Below, piece after piece: positions 14,006 to 27,279 of a stretch of 64,000 bases of DNA (positions within the stretch are counted from its first letter, which is position 1; each line of letters opens with the position of its first letter). Location: the NCBI RefSeq assembly GCF_006345805.1, contig NW_021835986.1, positions 10,150 to 74,149 of the forward strand, written 5' to 3'. A program made the translations under genes and the position numbers. Source of the DNA: Octopus sinensis. Its lineage: Eukaryota. The notes under the pieces were generated by a model that saw only the letters and a program-made list of their open reading frames with translations, had not been told where the DNA came from and ran no database searches.

Positions 14006-14502
14006 TCTCTATCTGTCTGTTTGTCTGTCTGTCTGTTTGTTTGTCTGTCTGCCTGTCTGTCTATCCATGCATGGAAGGCCTTACGCCTATAAGACAAAAC
14101 ATGGGCGAAAGTAACTCAACTGGAAATTCAATTGTACATTTCACAGATTTGGAGATACATAGATGTTATTTAATATTTTGGTCATTAGCGGCAGAAGAAG
14201 CCTTTGTAATGAATGTTAGCACAGCCAACCAAAATAGAATGTGTTGTTTATGACCCCCGTAGACTGCTGTGAAAGTTTGGAAAAGTCATTTCGTGTAGAC
14301 TATAAGCACTAAGAAACATCGAAATTCTATCGGTTGACGAAATTTCATCAGCACCAGTGGATAACTCTATGGTACACAAACCACCAGCTTTTCTGTTTGA
14401 CCAGTATTACTCTTATATGTTTGACCGATTTTCAATCTGGAATTCGGCGCTTGGCTTCCAATAGCAGATGATCAGCAATACGGTAAAATCATGTAATAAT
14501 CT

Positions 14503-14830
14503 CTTGTGATGTATGGGCTCCTGGTTGGCCCTTTCCCACAGGTCGGTGTTTGGCACTCTGTCGAACCAATTCAGGTGGAGGATCTGCCGGAGATATTTCT
14601 TGATGAAGGTTTGGATCTTCTTGTAGTTGCTGCAGGTGGCTCTCCATGTTTCAGAGCCATACAAAAGCACAGATTTTACGTTTGAACTAAATAAGCGGAG
14701 TTTAGTTCGAGTTGAGATGGCAGTGGACTTCCATACTGGCTGAAGAATAGTGAAGGCTTGCTTCTTGCTGTGATGTCCTCGTCTGATCCACCTGAAACGT
14801 AATTTGACAATAACGTGGGGGATAGTTTTG
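14503..14830 (-). mobile_element. RTE-clade LINE RT C-terminal fragment
   Basis: GGSDEDITAR..AFTILQPVWKS..TKLRLFSSNVKSVLLYGSETWRAT...WFDRVPNTDLWERANQEPI. Confidence 0.85.
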
Positions 14831-14899
14831 CTCCTGTATCTGAATGAATAAGTCTGTTGTGAATATTAAACTTTGAATGAACTTTTGATAACCCATGTA

Positions 14900-16100
14900 T
14901 CAGATGAAAGCTTGGAAACGCATCTGCTGATATAAATGTGGTTAATAATTTCAGACGAGTGATTAAAACCTTTATTGCTCATTCGCTTGGCTTACGATGT
15001 GGATAATGCTTAGTTGCCATCAGGTTTAGTGTAATGTCTATTTTAGTGTTATATTACTTTTAGTCCGTTGCTTCTCGTAATTTTTAGATTAAATTTTCTG
15101 ATTATACTAACAAGACGTTTTCCTAACTTTGTCCATATCGTTCTTATTATGAGATATAATACGTCCATCATCTCTATCAGGCTTCTTACTGAGGGCTTTG
15201 TTATTCTATTTCCGTTTTGTTAAATCTGATAGTTCCGCGCCCACAAATACCTATAAAAAGCTTATTTCTGTGTTTCGTAACACCGAAAGCTTTATCACTA
15301 ATTATGACATCCATATATTCATTATTGTATAGACACTAGTTTCCGTGGTGGTGGTGTACATTTTACAGAATTAGAGATATTACAGGGTATCATCCGTCAA
15401 TTTCAGGGCAAAATAGATGAGTAGTACTCCACACTATGGAACTAGTTAAATCTACAGCTAGTCTATTTATTGATACTAGTAAACGATTTCATACTAGTGC
15501 TGCTATAATTATATTGACTTAAGTTTGGTATTGAACTAACTTCTTTATTTATGGAATTTAATATGTTTTTATTGACTAGACCCAGTTTGCTTTACACTGG
15601 ATTAATTAGATACGCATGGAATTCGCTATAAAATTACACTATAATCCTCTATAGATAAATATATATAGCAGTAAGAAATGCACAGTTGATTTTATTTCTT
15701 AAATACTATATTGACGTTATTGAGTTAAATATTGCAAAGAGAAATTTCTCTGCAATATGTTTGAAGATTAATGGTTTATGAATTTTATTTTGTTGATTTT
15801 GTATTCAGAAGTCTTCTTCGTAAACGTTTAGTTAGGAAGAAGTATTTTTTGCTGTATGTACGGAGGCATTCAGGAGAATCTATTTAGGTAAGCTATTCGG
15901 CTTGTCATTTATTAGGCTCTATATGCTTAGACTAGATTTTTAAGTCTCATTGTATTTATTTCTTATCTTTTAGATGTTTGCTTCGTGAGGATTTCCGTTT
16001 GCTTTGTAGCCGTAATTTCAACCTATAATTTTTATTTACACAGCTTCTATTTTCTCATTCACCTAGGGTAAAATTTTGTGGGGAATGTGATATTTTTTTC
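14900..16100 (-). mobile_element. Decayed Penelope-like element reverse transcriptase
   Basis: Minus remnants of LINP..SKLG, GAELSDL, (Y)RDDG and (L)DITLNL motifs, with many stops. Confidence 0.55.
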
Positions 16101-16996
16101 AGTGAGTGGATTGACTATGATTCAAAATCCACACGCTTTTATTCAATATTATCTTCATACAGTGCTCATTTGTGGGGTTTAACCAGTTTGCTGTGAGTTT
16201 TCACGTTTAACGGCTCTTCTGGCGGCAAAAATGAAAACACAAGAGAGAGAGAGAGCAGCTAATTTAAGATCGCCTATAAATGTATATGTCCTACTGGCTT
16301 AACAGTTCCACGAGTGATTAACAGGCTAATTAAGTGTAATTCAGTAGTAAGAATTTGGGAGTACCACATGGAATATGAAAGTAAAAAAAATATATATTTC
16401 GTTTTTGGATTTGGTTTGCAAGATTCTTTATGTGAGTTCGTATGTTAAGGCACAAAAAGAAAATGAGTCTCCCCAGACACAACAAAAAAATATACTCAAA
16501 AAGAAAAATAAACAGCGTAGTTTGTATGAAAATCCAAATAATTTGAAATTAAATAAAATTTGAGTAAATGAAGGGAAATGCCATGCACCTGGTCAAGCGA
16601 CATCAATTTGATGGAGGGAGTAAGCTGAAGTACATCACATATATTCCATCGATTTGCTTTGAAGGAGTCCATCTCTCTCTCTATCCCTCTCTCTCTCTCA
16701 CACACTATAAATATAGAAACGAAAACCTGAGGTATATAAATGTAAAATCTAATCACCCGCCTTCTTTATTTATTAGTCTGCATAATCCTCTCTTTCTTAT
16801 ATTCTGACTGTTAGAAAGAATAGAAATTTATAACCAAACCCTTTTAGCATTTTTTGTATAATTATTTATATTTTTTATTTTAACTTTATTTCCTTATTCT
16901 TTAGCATTTAGTATCTTGTCTCTCCTTGAATGTATGGCTTTTAGACCTGTCTGTAAACTATTGTCATGGCATATCAATGAATGGAATGCCGCATTT

Positions 16997-17080
16997 CACC
17001 TGAGGAGGTGTAAGATAAGAACTGTACAACACCTCACCTATGAAGCAAACGTGAGAAAATGCTTCGAAACGATTGTAGTG
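16997..17080 (+). ncRNA. Hammerhead-like motif with a two-hairpin insertion in place of helix II
   Basis: CAC-CTGAGGA...GAA-ACGATTGT-A|GTG; core intact, helix II region is GGTGT/ACACC plus GAAGCA/TGCTTC. Confidence 0.35.
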
Positions 17081-17289
17081 GTTTTGAATCTCGCTAATTC
17101 CGTTTTCTGTCGTTTATCTATTGTATGTGCACACACGCGCGCGCGTGTGTGCATGTATGTATTTGTGTGTGTGTGTGTATGTATATATATATATATATAT
17201 ACACACACACATACAAATATATATATACATGCACATACGCACATGTGTAGATGTATAAATAAACGCACACACACCACACACACACAGAA

Positions 17290-17375
17290 GTTATTTTGTC
17301 AAGGTACTACGCAGTGGGATTGAACTGGGGAAAATGTGTTTGGGAAGCAAACTTCTTACCCTACAGCCATGCCTA
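17290..17375 (-). mobile_element. SINE family A head fragment
   Basis: caaggtactacgcagtgggattgaac...gcaaacttcttacc..cagcc is the reverse complement of the 43551 head. Confidence 0.6.
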
Positions 17376-18529
17376 CACCTACCTACCTACCTACCTGACT
17401 GCCTGCCTACGACAAACATATACACACACATATATGTATGTATGTATGTGACGTGTGTGTGTGTTGTGTGTGTGATGTGTAGCTCTCTATATAATATATT
17501 TATGTATTTATGCATATATATATACTGCACAATGTGTCTGAGGACTCCACTTAATCTGTGCCCAATTACTTTAAATAAAATTATCTCTCGTATTCGAGCT
17601 TACGCTTATGCCATTAATGCCAGTGGCTGCAACACCAGCTGACATTTGATCTCTAATCTTCAACCTTATATCTGTATCAAATTTAATTTTCCTTGCGAAC
17701 TTACCGTACCCTGATTGCACCCGCTGTGTGTTTCCCTAATTAATGCACTCAGCTTTACTGTGTAGCTTTAATTAATTAATTGATTCAATTAATCCTTCTA
17801 AAAACTTTAATAATTTAAGTCTTCTCTCCTATAATGGCCACACGCTACGCTATCTTCTTTTCAATTACCAGTATTTCACTTTCAGTTATAATTAATTTGT
17901 ATCTTAGTAAACCTATAAATTAGCTCCTCCTTCACTATGTTTAATATTATTTAATCTGCAACATTTTCCTCAATTATACATTTATCTCCCATTTGTATTT
18001 TATGTTTTATTATTTTCCTTTAATTATGTTCGGCAACAATTTGCGAATTCTCCTCCTTGTCCCATCCACCTATGTTTATTGTTAAATCATGTTGTATAGC
18101 GAATAGGTTGCTAATAATTCCACTTTATGGAGAATTCTGCTTCACTCTTGTATCGATAGCAGAATCTGATAGAATTGTGAATAAGCGGAGATACGAGCAG
18201 AAATTTCAGTGTAATGACATGCCACCGTCCGAAAAAATTTATGACACTACAAAATATATTTTTCATAGTAGAATATAGGATGGTCAAAACAGATAAAAAC
18301 ATTTCATACTGATACACATGCTCTTCGTCTTTAAAGGAACGCTATATTTAATAATAAGGTTCTGGATTTACAAAACAACTAAAACAAACCAAGAAAACAA
18401 CAAAAAACAAAAACGGAAAAATACTGGAAAAGTCATACTGAAACGCATTTTGATAATTATAGACCCTATTAATCAACTCTAATCGGGAGCTGAACAACGA
18501 CGACGACAACGACAACAGCAAAAGCAACT

Positions 18530-18720
18530 GGAGGCGCAATGTTCCAGTGGTTAAGGCAGCGGACTCGCGGTCGGAGGATCGCGGTTTCGATTCCAATACT
18601 GGGCGTTGTGTGTGTTTATTGAGCGAAAACACCTAAAGCTCCACAATGCTCCGGCAGGAGGTGGTGGCGATCCCTGCTGTACTCTTTCGCTCCGACTTTC
18701 TCTCACTCTTTCTTCCTGTT
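18530..18720 (+). mobile_element. tRNA(Arg-like)-derived SINE (family C), truncated
   Basis: ggaggcgcaatgttccagtggttaaggcagcggactcgcggtcggaggatcgcggtttcgattcc; homologous to 36376-36682. Confidence 0.8.
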
Positions 18721-20673
18721 ACTTGCCCCCGACTTCCTACGCAACCGCGGTGTCGTGGGGTTGACCTGCTTTCTCTCTTCTGCGGGTCCCACTAGGACGA
18801 AGACCGCTTCGCTCAACAGCAACAGCAACAATCACCGGCTGAGAATTCCTTTGCCTTCCAAACCACAGTCTTTGAGACGTTGAGAAAGATCATGGGGACT
18901 ATAACGTCCCTCGATGGCAACAAAAGTATCATTAACAATAACAATAACAAAACCAACGACGACAACAATAACGACTTATGAATCGTATTCCAGTACAAAT
19001 GGTACTAGCAACCACACTTTATGTATCGAAGCAACCAAAATACGTCGTATTAGAAAATAGGTACCAACAACAGAGGTGGTGGTGGTGGGAAGGTCCGAAA
19101 ACATTATAGTTAAAAACAACCCAATTTCATTCAACAGCCACAATATGCAATCACAGCTTGTTATGTCGCACGTTCGGATGACCTCTACTCAACTTCGACT
19201 CTGCTCTCCGACGTCTAAACTTCTCCCTCTATATCTACGTATTGGGCTAGTCTACTTCATCGTCTGGGGGCGTCCACACAACACAGCTACACCTTACTCT
19301 TCAAATTCATGGATAAGTTAATTACTCGCATTTCCCATAAAATTTACCTCACTATCTGAGATAGTTCTGCACATTAGATAATGTGGTCCTAGATAAACAA
19401 TGATCAGGTGGCAAATTAGAAGAGTCATTAGCATCGGATGCAATGCTTTAGAAAACAATTTTCAGCGACAGAAGCAGTATTTAATACGAAAAGGTAGTAT
19501 TAATACCAAAAGATAGTATTTAATACCAAAAGGTAGTATTTCTCCCCCAATTAAAAGTGGATGTTATGTTAGAACACAAAGTACTGGGAGAACCTCTCAT
19601 AAAGACCCTTGGAGAAATATAAGCACAATTGTTCATATCGATAGCGGGAGAAAATCACCCACCATCGCCATCGCCACCACCGAGATTGTCATATCACGTG
19701 ATTCCAATCTTCCCTGGTCTTATGCTTTCCGAGTTAAAATCCTGCAGAAGTCAGCTTTGTATCTCGTCCTTCAGAAGCTGATAAAATGAAGTTCCAGTCT
19801 TTCATATGGTTAAGTTCCTTCTTCTTTGTCAATCTCTCCCCCACCTCTCTCTCTCTCTCTCTCTCTTTCCTTATAAAAACTACATAACTTTTTGTGAGGA
19901 CCGTGGCGAACCATTTATGGCGTCTCTTTCTTCAAAATGGAGACGATTTGAGCGATATACTGACATACTCTTCTCATAGGAAAAACCCTATATGCTACTG
20001 GAAACGTCCAAAGACAGTCGGATGTGCAGTTCCACATGAAGGAGAAATAAATAAAAATTATAAAAAAGAAGATGCATAATGCCGAAAGTAATTGTCATAT
20101 AAAGAAATGACTGTCATAGCTGGAACGTCTTTGATCTACGTGGCCATTCAGTTAGGGCTGATCTAAAGTAAAGCAAAGAGTTAAAAAAAATCCCCAAACA
20201 AAATCAATAACAAGTGATATTTAATTGATTCGATTTATTTTACCTTCATATTGATCTTAATGAATTAAATATTAGAACGAGTTTCTTCAAGAAGATTAAT
20301 ACTTAATGCATTTTATTTAGTATATTTACTATTTATTCAAAACAGTACTCCGTAGATGTTGAGTTATGAAGAATTATTCTGAAGAAATATTAAATCTGCT
20401 AACATCCTTATTGATATTTTGATGCCAATGTAAATTACATTTGAGCGCTGCAATCTTTCTTTTCCATGGTTCTATGACTGGAGATTCGGATAGTTATTGT
20501 AACACTCCGACTCACACTAGATAATTTTCAATAGTTCAAAATTACAAATAGGATTCGTAGGATGATGGATTCTTTTCATTCACAACATTCACCGTTCCCC
20601 TTCTTAAGAAATACACGGAACATTTAAAACATACATACACACGCACACACACACACACACACAAACACAAACA

Positions 20674-20705
<32 letters not shown>

Positions 20706-20706
20706 T

Positions 20707-20743
<37 letters not shown>

Positions 20744-20941
20744 ACAATTTAGGAATGGCCTAAACAGGCCATTCGTCCACCAGAAAGAGCAGCCAGAACT
20801 CCAACCGCCAAGTAGTGTAATTCGGAAATAAGGTGAAAATTTAAAAACATTTACCCTAATTCATCTTTTATACGATGCATCGTTTCAGTGTCTTTAATGA
20901 TAGACCAGCTTATATATATATATAATAATATATATATATAT

Positions 20942-20981
<40 letters not shown>

Positions 20982-21251
20982 TTAATCCAAACAAGAAAAC
21001 GTATGTATGCACATACATGCATACATACATGCACACAGCACAGACATATAAATATATATGTGTGTGTGTGTACGACGCTTTCGAAAGTATTTCTTGGAAA
21101 TAACAACATAAATATCATTTCTTCTTCTTCTTCTTCTTCTTCTTCTTATTATTATTATTATTATTATTTATTATTATTATTATTATTATTAGCATTATTA
21201 TTATGATTATATTACATTGTTATATCCAACTATGTATGTGTATATATATGT

Positions 21252-21290
<39 letters not shown>

Positions 21291-21475
21291 GCGTGTGTGT
21301 GTATATCTATATATATGTACATATACGTGTGTATATACGCATATATATATATGTGTGGTATAACTATATACATCCAAATACAAGTAGATATGTGTTTGTA
21401 CATCTTCATACGTATGTAATCCACAAATAAAATATGTATGTGTTTGTATGCATATATATAAACTTGTGGGTTGGG

Positions 21476-21542
<67 letters not shown>

Positions 21543-21549
21543 ATATATA

Positions 21550-21599
<50 letters not shown>

Positions 21600-22959
21600 A
21601 TATGTATGTATATATATATAAATAAAGAAGTAAATAGATGAATATATATATATATCCGGTAAGGAGACCTGATTCACATTTTATTCAAACCCCCCACATA
21701 CTACGAAACACCTATATTATTCCGCTAGGTGAATGCTCTCATGAATCTACATAAGATTTTTGAATTACATTTCCAAATGGTTTCGTTGACAGAAATACCA
21801 CGTATCTTTCTAAAATCGGTGTCATAATTTATTTCTTATTATTTAACGCAACCAGATATTATAGTATTTTGAAGAACGCCATAAACCTGTGGCAACCTGT
21901 ATGGAGAAATAAACCGTGTGGAATTATAATGGTAAATCTCTCAATATTCGCTGAAATAGTCAGATTGAAGAATAGCATTCACGAATTTACGCGACATTCT
22001 CAAAAGTAAGAATGCTTTATACTCATAGTAAACAGAAGTAAAGAAAGAATGTGAACCCACCGTGCAGTTAGTATAGTAGGAACTATGGAAGGAACGATTA
22101 CATAATTGCAATATCTACAAGAAATAGTAGCCAAATCTTTCTCAAATCGCAGTCTACATAAATATAGGAGGGCACACGTATATTTTTTTAAGTAAACGGC
22201 TATTTAACTGATGAACTCAATTACGGAATTACAGACGCATTTACCTACTCACTTATTGAAACACTCACAATCTCCTGCATTCACACACACAAACACACAC
22301 ACACACGTACACATACACACACATCAACTCATTAACACATTCTATCGTATACACCCTTATTCATTCACTGACCCTACTCTCTTTCTCGTGCTAAAAATAG
22401 CAGTCAAACATTTCTCAAACTAATACCGTAGCATAATAGAACATATTAGATAATATAGTCTTAATTGAAGAGAGAAATAAATAAATAAATAAAGGCAGTG
22501 GGGATGGTCACATGATCGCAGTTGGAATTTCTTTGATCACGGGTATGTTCGATCATCGAGGACATTAGACTGAAAATATCACCACCGCCACCCACGACGC
22601 TGACACCACCAATAACAGCAGCAACAGCAGTAGCAACAAGTATTATTTTAGTAATTCTGTTCCAGATTTTACAATTCTTATTGGTAAAAAACAAAAGAAA
22701 CAAAAAAAAAAAACGAAAAGCGAAAAGAAAGAAAACGATATTCAAACACAAATAGTTAAGCAAGAGTCAAGATAACGTGTGAAGCCAGAAATTTTAATTA
22801 ATCAAAACTCAATTACTGTTGAGGAGAGGCAAGTACTGGGGTCAGCTGATTCAAAGCAAGAAAGAAAGATAGAAAGAAAGAAAGATATAAAAGAAGAAAG
22901 AAAAGAAGGGAAGAAATAAGGAGAGAAAGAGAGAGATAGACTCACCTTAGTATTTGATG

Positions 22960-23100
22960 GAACTATATTTTATCGAAATAAAGGATGAAAGGCAACGTTG
23001 ACCTCTACAGGATTTGAACTCAGAACTTAAAGGGCTGGAAGAAATATTGGAACGCATTTCGTCCAGCGCTTTAACGATTGTAAATCGATCGATTTCCGCC
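22960..23100 (-). mobile_element. Decayed SINE (family B)
   Basis: ggatgaaaggcaacgttgacctc..gatttgaactcagaac. Confidence 0.55.
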
Positions 23101-24389
23101 CGCCCCCTACCTACCTTACACACGCAAACACACAGAGACATGCACTTGTGTGCATGTAATTTACAAAAGCGAGGAAAAGAATCCCAATCATACGCTTGTG
23201 TATGCGTGCAAAATAATTTATTACATTTCTAGATTCATACTATTTGTTTGTTTTTTACTTTGGCACATACCAAGAAATTTACTGAGGAATCGAATGAAAC
23301 TTTTCGATGTCCAATCCTATTAAAACGATTTAGCAGCATACGAAAAGTAATGCAGCTTCAACAGGGAGTAATAACAATCTCGTGGATCCATTTCGGAGTA
23401 CTAGTACTTCACTTATTTTATATTTCGTATTCTTAAAGTACAACGACTTAATAATAATTATATGCGTGCGCTACCTTACGAAATGCATTAAGCCTATAAA
23501 TTTTAATTAATTAAAACTGCACCATTAGTGCTGTGAGCAATCATTACACACACGACTGATTCCAGCACAAAAAGCGAAGGAGCCTAAGCTGGAATTTTAT
23601 TATATTTAATTAAAATTAATTAATTATGAAAATCCGTGGAGAGTGAGTCAAATGTTTAGCAGTGCAGTAACAACCCTGGTTATGTTTCGGCTTTATTAGT
23701 CCTCCTCAATAACGCGGCGTCTAAACCTCAATTAATAAATATTAAAGTGGCCAGAAGATACAAGTATTTTCTGAATTAACGGTAAAGATAACTTCATAAT
23801 TAAAAAAAAAATTGATTAAGAAAAATTTCTGACTGGTGCCCACCACTCAAAACGTAGTAAAGTGGGATCTAATATGCCTGATATATGAGGGTGTGAAACT
23901 TATTTATTAAAATTACACTTTTAGTGGTAACAATATTCTAAATGACTAAACTCAATAAAGAAAAAGGCATGGGAGAAAATATTGGTATTTTTATTAATTA
24001 AAATTAATATATACAGACTACAATTCTTATCAGCTCACCTGTCAATCTTTCCTAATTTTCCCATAATACTCAATATCAAAATATCATCAAAATAAAAATA
24101 TGCTAGAGGAAATAAATGTTTTAATTTAAAAAGATGACCCTCATTATACATTAGAAAACTCGTAAACCCTTAATAATTTTGTACCTGAAGCATCAACAAG
24201 TTTTCTATGTAACAAATATAATGTAGAGTCATATTAGATAGCATAAATAAATATCAATCTGAGATGAATAAATAACCAATGCCCAGTACACACCAAATAC
24301 AATTGGTGCTTAAATATTTTAAATATACTTTTACGGTTAATTCATTTATAAAATGTTTTTCTAATTTATTTTCTCAATTGTGAAATTAA

Positions 24390-25260
24390 CTTTCTATGAC
24401 TCGATGCCAGTTGTTTCTCCATGTATGCAGCATTCTTTCAGCTTAAATTCAAACCCTCTAATCTTCATATTTCTTGAATGAAAAGCATTTCTGTTCGGGT
24501 GGTGCCCATGTTAACGCTACCTTTTGTATCGCGTCCTGTTCACTTCAATTTGGTCATCTAAACCGGCGACACCTTATTTCAAAGACCTTGTTATTGCAAC
24601 CTGCTAAAGGATATTGCTCTTCACTTCATACATTGTGAGACTAGATGAATCGGTAGATTTTATTGGGGCTATTTCCACCTAAAATTACTGTGGTACCAGA
24701 TGGTACGAAACGAAGGGATATCTTTGTTAAATCTAAAGTGATCTTGCCGCTTCCAATCACCATAAGGCCTTGTCCATGTATATTGCTAATAATAATGAGG
24801 ACTGGTTCCATAAACGTTTAGACTTTGGCCTACGGGTTCGTAATCAGATGCGAAATTACAACTGTTCCGTCGGAATTCCAATATATTTGCTACTTAACCT
24901 GTCATAGATTTAAGTCTATGACTGTTTTCTGTATAAATTTATGCTGCACGAATGACTTTTATTTATTTAAGTTTCTTGCGACAAAAGATAGAATTAGGAA
25001 AGTGTTTCTAATTCATTGTCCAGCACAATATATTTTTATGAACAAACAAATGAAAGCCTGTCTGTATGACCTGGTCTTCACAGACTTGCTTATTTAGAAC
25101 ACGATATTGGTGATTAATTACTTCAACTCTTAGTGAAGAAATAGTGTCTATTAAATTATAAGTAAAAAACGACGTGAAAACCTTTACCCCTTTAGAATCA
25201 GAACTGCGTGGTTTTGGCACACCTCACATGATGTGTGAATAACTTGTCTGAAGGATTCTG
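24390..25260 (-). pseudogene. Possible decayed integrase (Ginger/KRBA2-like)
   Basis: Scattered minus remnants SCEVCQ..KG.KV, PYGDWKRQDH, KGSV, EGL..KNAAY; frameshifted. Confidence 0.3.
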
Positions 25261-25534
25261 GTCACTGGTTTCTTGTTGAGAGATAATTAAATTTGATTCA
25301 TTAAAATGATTGATAACTTAATAATTTCACATTACTTATATCTTTAGAAAATTTATTGAAAAGCAACCAATTTTGGTAATATAGGAGAATCTTGAAAAAT
25401 TATTAATGTTGCAGTAAGTTGCCAATCTTCAGCAAAATAAGCTAGAGACTTGGACCAAAAATTTGAAAAACAACAGAAGGGTCACTGACATGAATTTTTA
25501 ACTCCTGCTGAAAATATGAATCCGAAGAGTGTCA

Positions 25535-25766
25535 TCTTATTTCTTTATTGCCCACAAAGGAATAAACACAGAGAGGACAAACAAGGACAGTCAAACGGAT
25601 TAAGTCGATTACATCGACCCCAGTGCGCAACTGGTACTTTATTTATCGGCCCCGAAAGGATGAAAGGCAAAGTCGACCTCGGCGGAATTTGAACTCAGAA
25701 GGTAACGGCAGACGAAATACCGCTAAGCATTTCGCCCGGTGTGCTAACGTTTCTGCCAGCTCGCCG
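25535..25766 (-). mobile_element. SINE (family B), near full length
   Basis: Head with B-box-like gttcaaattcc and body matching 45073-45310. Confidence 0.85.
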
Positions 25767-26140
25767 AAGAGTCTCATATTTCAATGTTAGGGTCAGAAAA
25801 TGTGCGGGCAATAAAGAGGCCAGGGAAGCTAGCCAACAGACTACTTGTTCCCCATCTCTCTCTCTCGCTCTCTCATACAAACTCATCCATATATAAGAAT
25901 GTATAAATCCAAATATATAAGATTTTAACGTACCAGCTTGGATACGCATAGGCTGTATATAATACTCAAAACTCGCTCAAACTGAACACCATTATTTTTC
26001 ATTGATACAAAGACTTTTGTTAATGCAATCCTAGGTCCTACCACCCAGCACGCAGACACTAGTGAGGCAAATTCACCTTGGCTAGAATAGTTTTTGATAA
26101 TAGTTCAACCGATACACACACACACACCACACACACACAC

Positions 26141-26179
<39 letters not shown>

Positions 26180-26309
26180 TATAAAATGAGATAGGGGTGA
26201 TAGCCACAATCGAATTAATCTAAATAATCATTACCTAGTGGTCAGAATTTCTAAACTCATAGTTATTTCGATCTTGAAAGGATGGACTTGGTGCAAACTT
26301 AACTGTATC

Positions 26310-26359
<50 letters not shown>

Positions 26360-26732
26360 TATTATTATTATATTATTACTATTATTATTATTATTAATAT
26401 TAATAATAATTTTTATTGACTTTTATAGCTTTATAATTTTATGAACTGAACCATGGTTTTAATTATTATTTTTCATCTCCCTATGTGTTAGTTTTTTAAA
26501 ACTATTAGCCAAATATGTATAATAACTGTGCTTATTAATATTAATATACACACTGATATATATTTTGTTTTATTTTGTTTTGTTTACCTTGCATTATTGT
26601 ACCAATGAGTATTATATTATACAAGTGTAGCATTATGAAGTTATGCATAAGTTTTTATATTTTACATTTTTTATATTTTTATATTTATATGTATATGGAA
26701 AAAAATTTTTTCACAATTATAACAAATTTATT

Positions 26733-26841
26733 TCTCTGAAGAGGCCGTGGGGCATCCTGTTTATGCCTCATTTATACCTGCCTTTATGGCTTATAGGTTA
26801 AATGCGGTATGACTGCCCTTGCTGCCGAAACAGCTGTCAGA
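26733..26841 (+). ncRNA. Type I hammerhead ribozyme with long helix II
   Basis: TCT-CTGAAGA-GGC...GCC-GAA-ACAGCTGT-C|AGA; helix II continues with GGGCA/TGCCC, CATTTA/TAAATG and ACCT/AGGT; GUC site at 26836-26838. Confidence 0.75.
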
Positions 26842-27181
26842 TACGATTTAATTACATATTATTTTGAAATTTTATACTTATATCTCTTTGTCTATTTACA
26901 TTTACTGTATATTTTGTATAATGCCTTTACTGATATGTAATGGTGTAATAAAGTATTGATTAGGTATCATCTGATAGTTGATGTTTTATTGATTTAAGTA
27001 TGTTTCTCCATTTTCTAATTTTGTAGTATATATATATATATATAGGAGATGTACTCGCATAGCAAGTAATTTGATCTGAGATCGTGTGCTGAAACGAAAA
27101 CAATTGCAGCGTGGAAGGTGTTTATAAGCCATTTAAGAAACACACAAAAGCCGTTCGATTCACTTCAACATTTAAGTTTAA

Positions 27182-27231
27182 TTTGTCAAAATATTTTCGT
27201 CGCTAAAATCCGCGACCTGTTCACTGACAAA
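27182..27231 (-). ncRNA. Candidate G3:C8 core-variant minimal hammerhead ribozyme
   Basis: Minus: TTTGTCA-GTGAACA-G-GTCGC(GGATTTTA)GCGAC-GAA-AATATT-T|TGACAAA; 7-bp helix I, 5-bp helix II, palindromic helix III. Confidence 0.65.
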
Positions 27232-27279
27232 AATCCGTGCTGCATCTGAGAAAGTAACAGTTAGTTCGTCATATATATG

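Noticed and set aside
14290-14352. Minus-strand CTGATGA motif
   Set aside because: No correctly placed GAAA or helix III.
14900-14935. cagatgaaagcttggaaacgcatctg as a hammerhead
   Set aside because: The core is non-canonical without compensation, and the sequence reads as PLE RT coding remnant on the minus strand.
20750-20778. 9-bp hairpin gaatggcct/aggccattc (and a similar one near 4983-5012)
   Set aside because: Isolated short hairpins with no supporting context.
23282-23315. CTGAGGA...GAAA motif
   Set aside because: No helix I pairing and only a 2-bp helix II.
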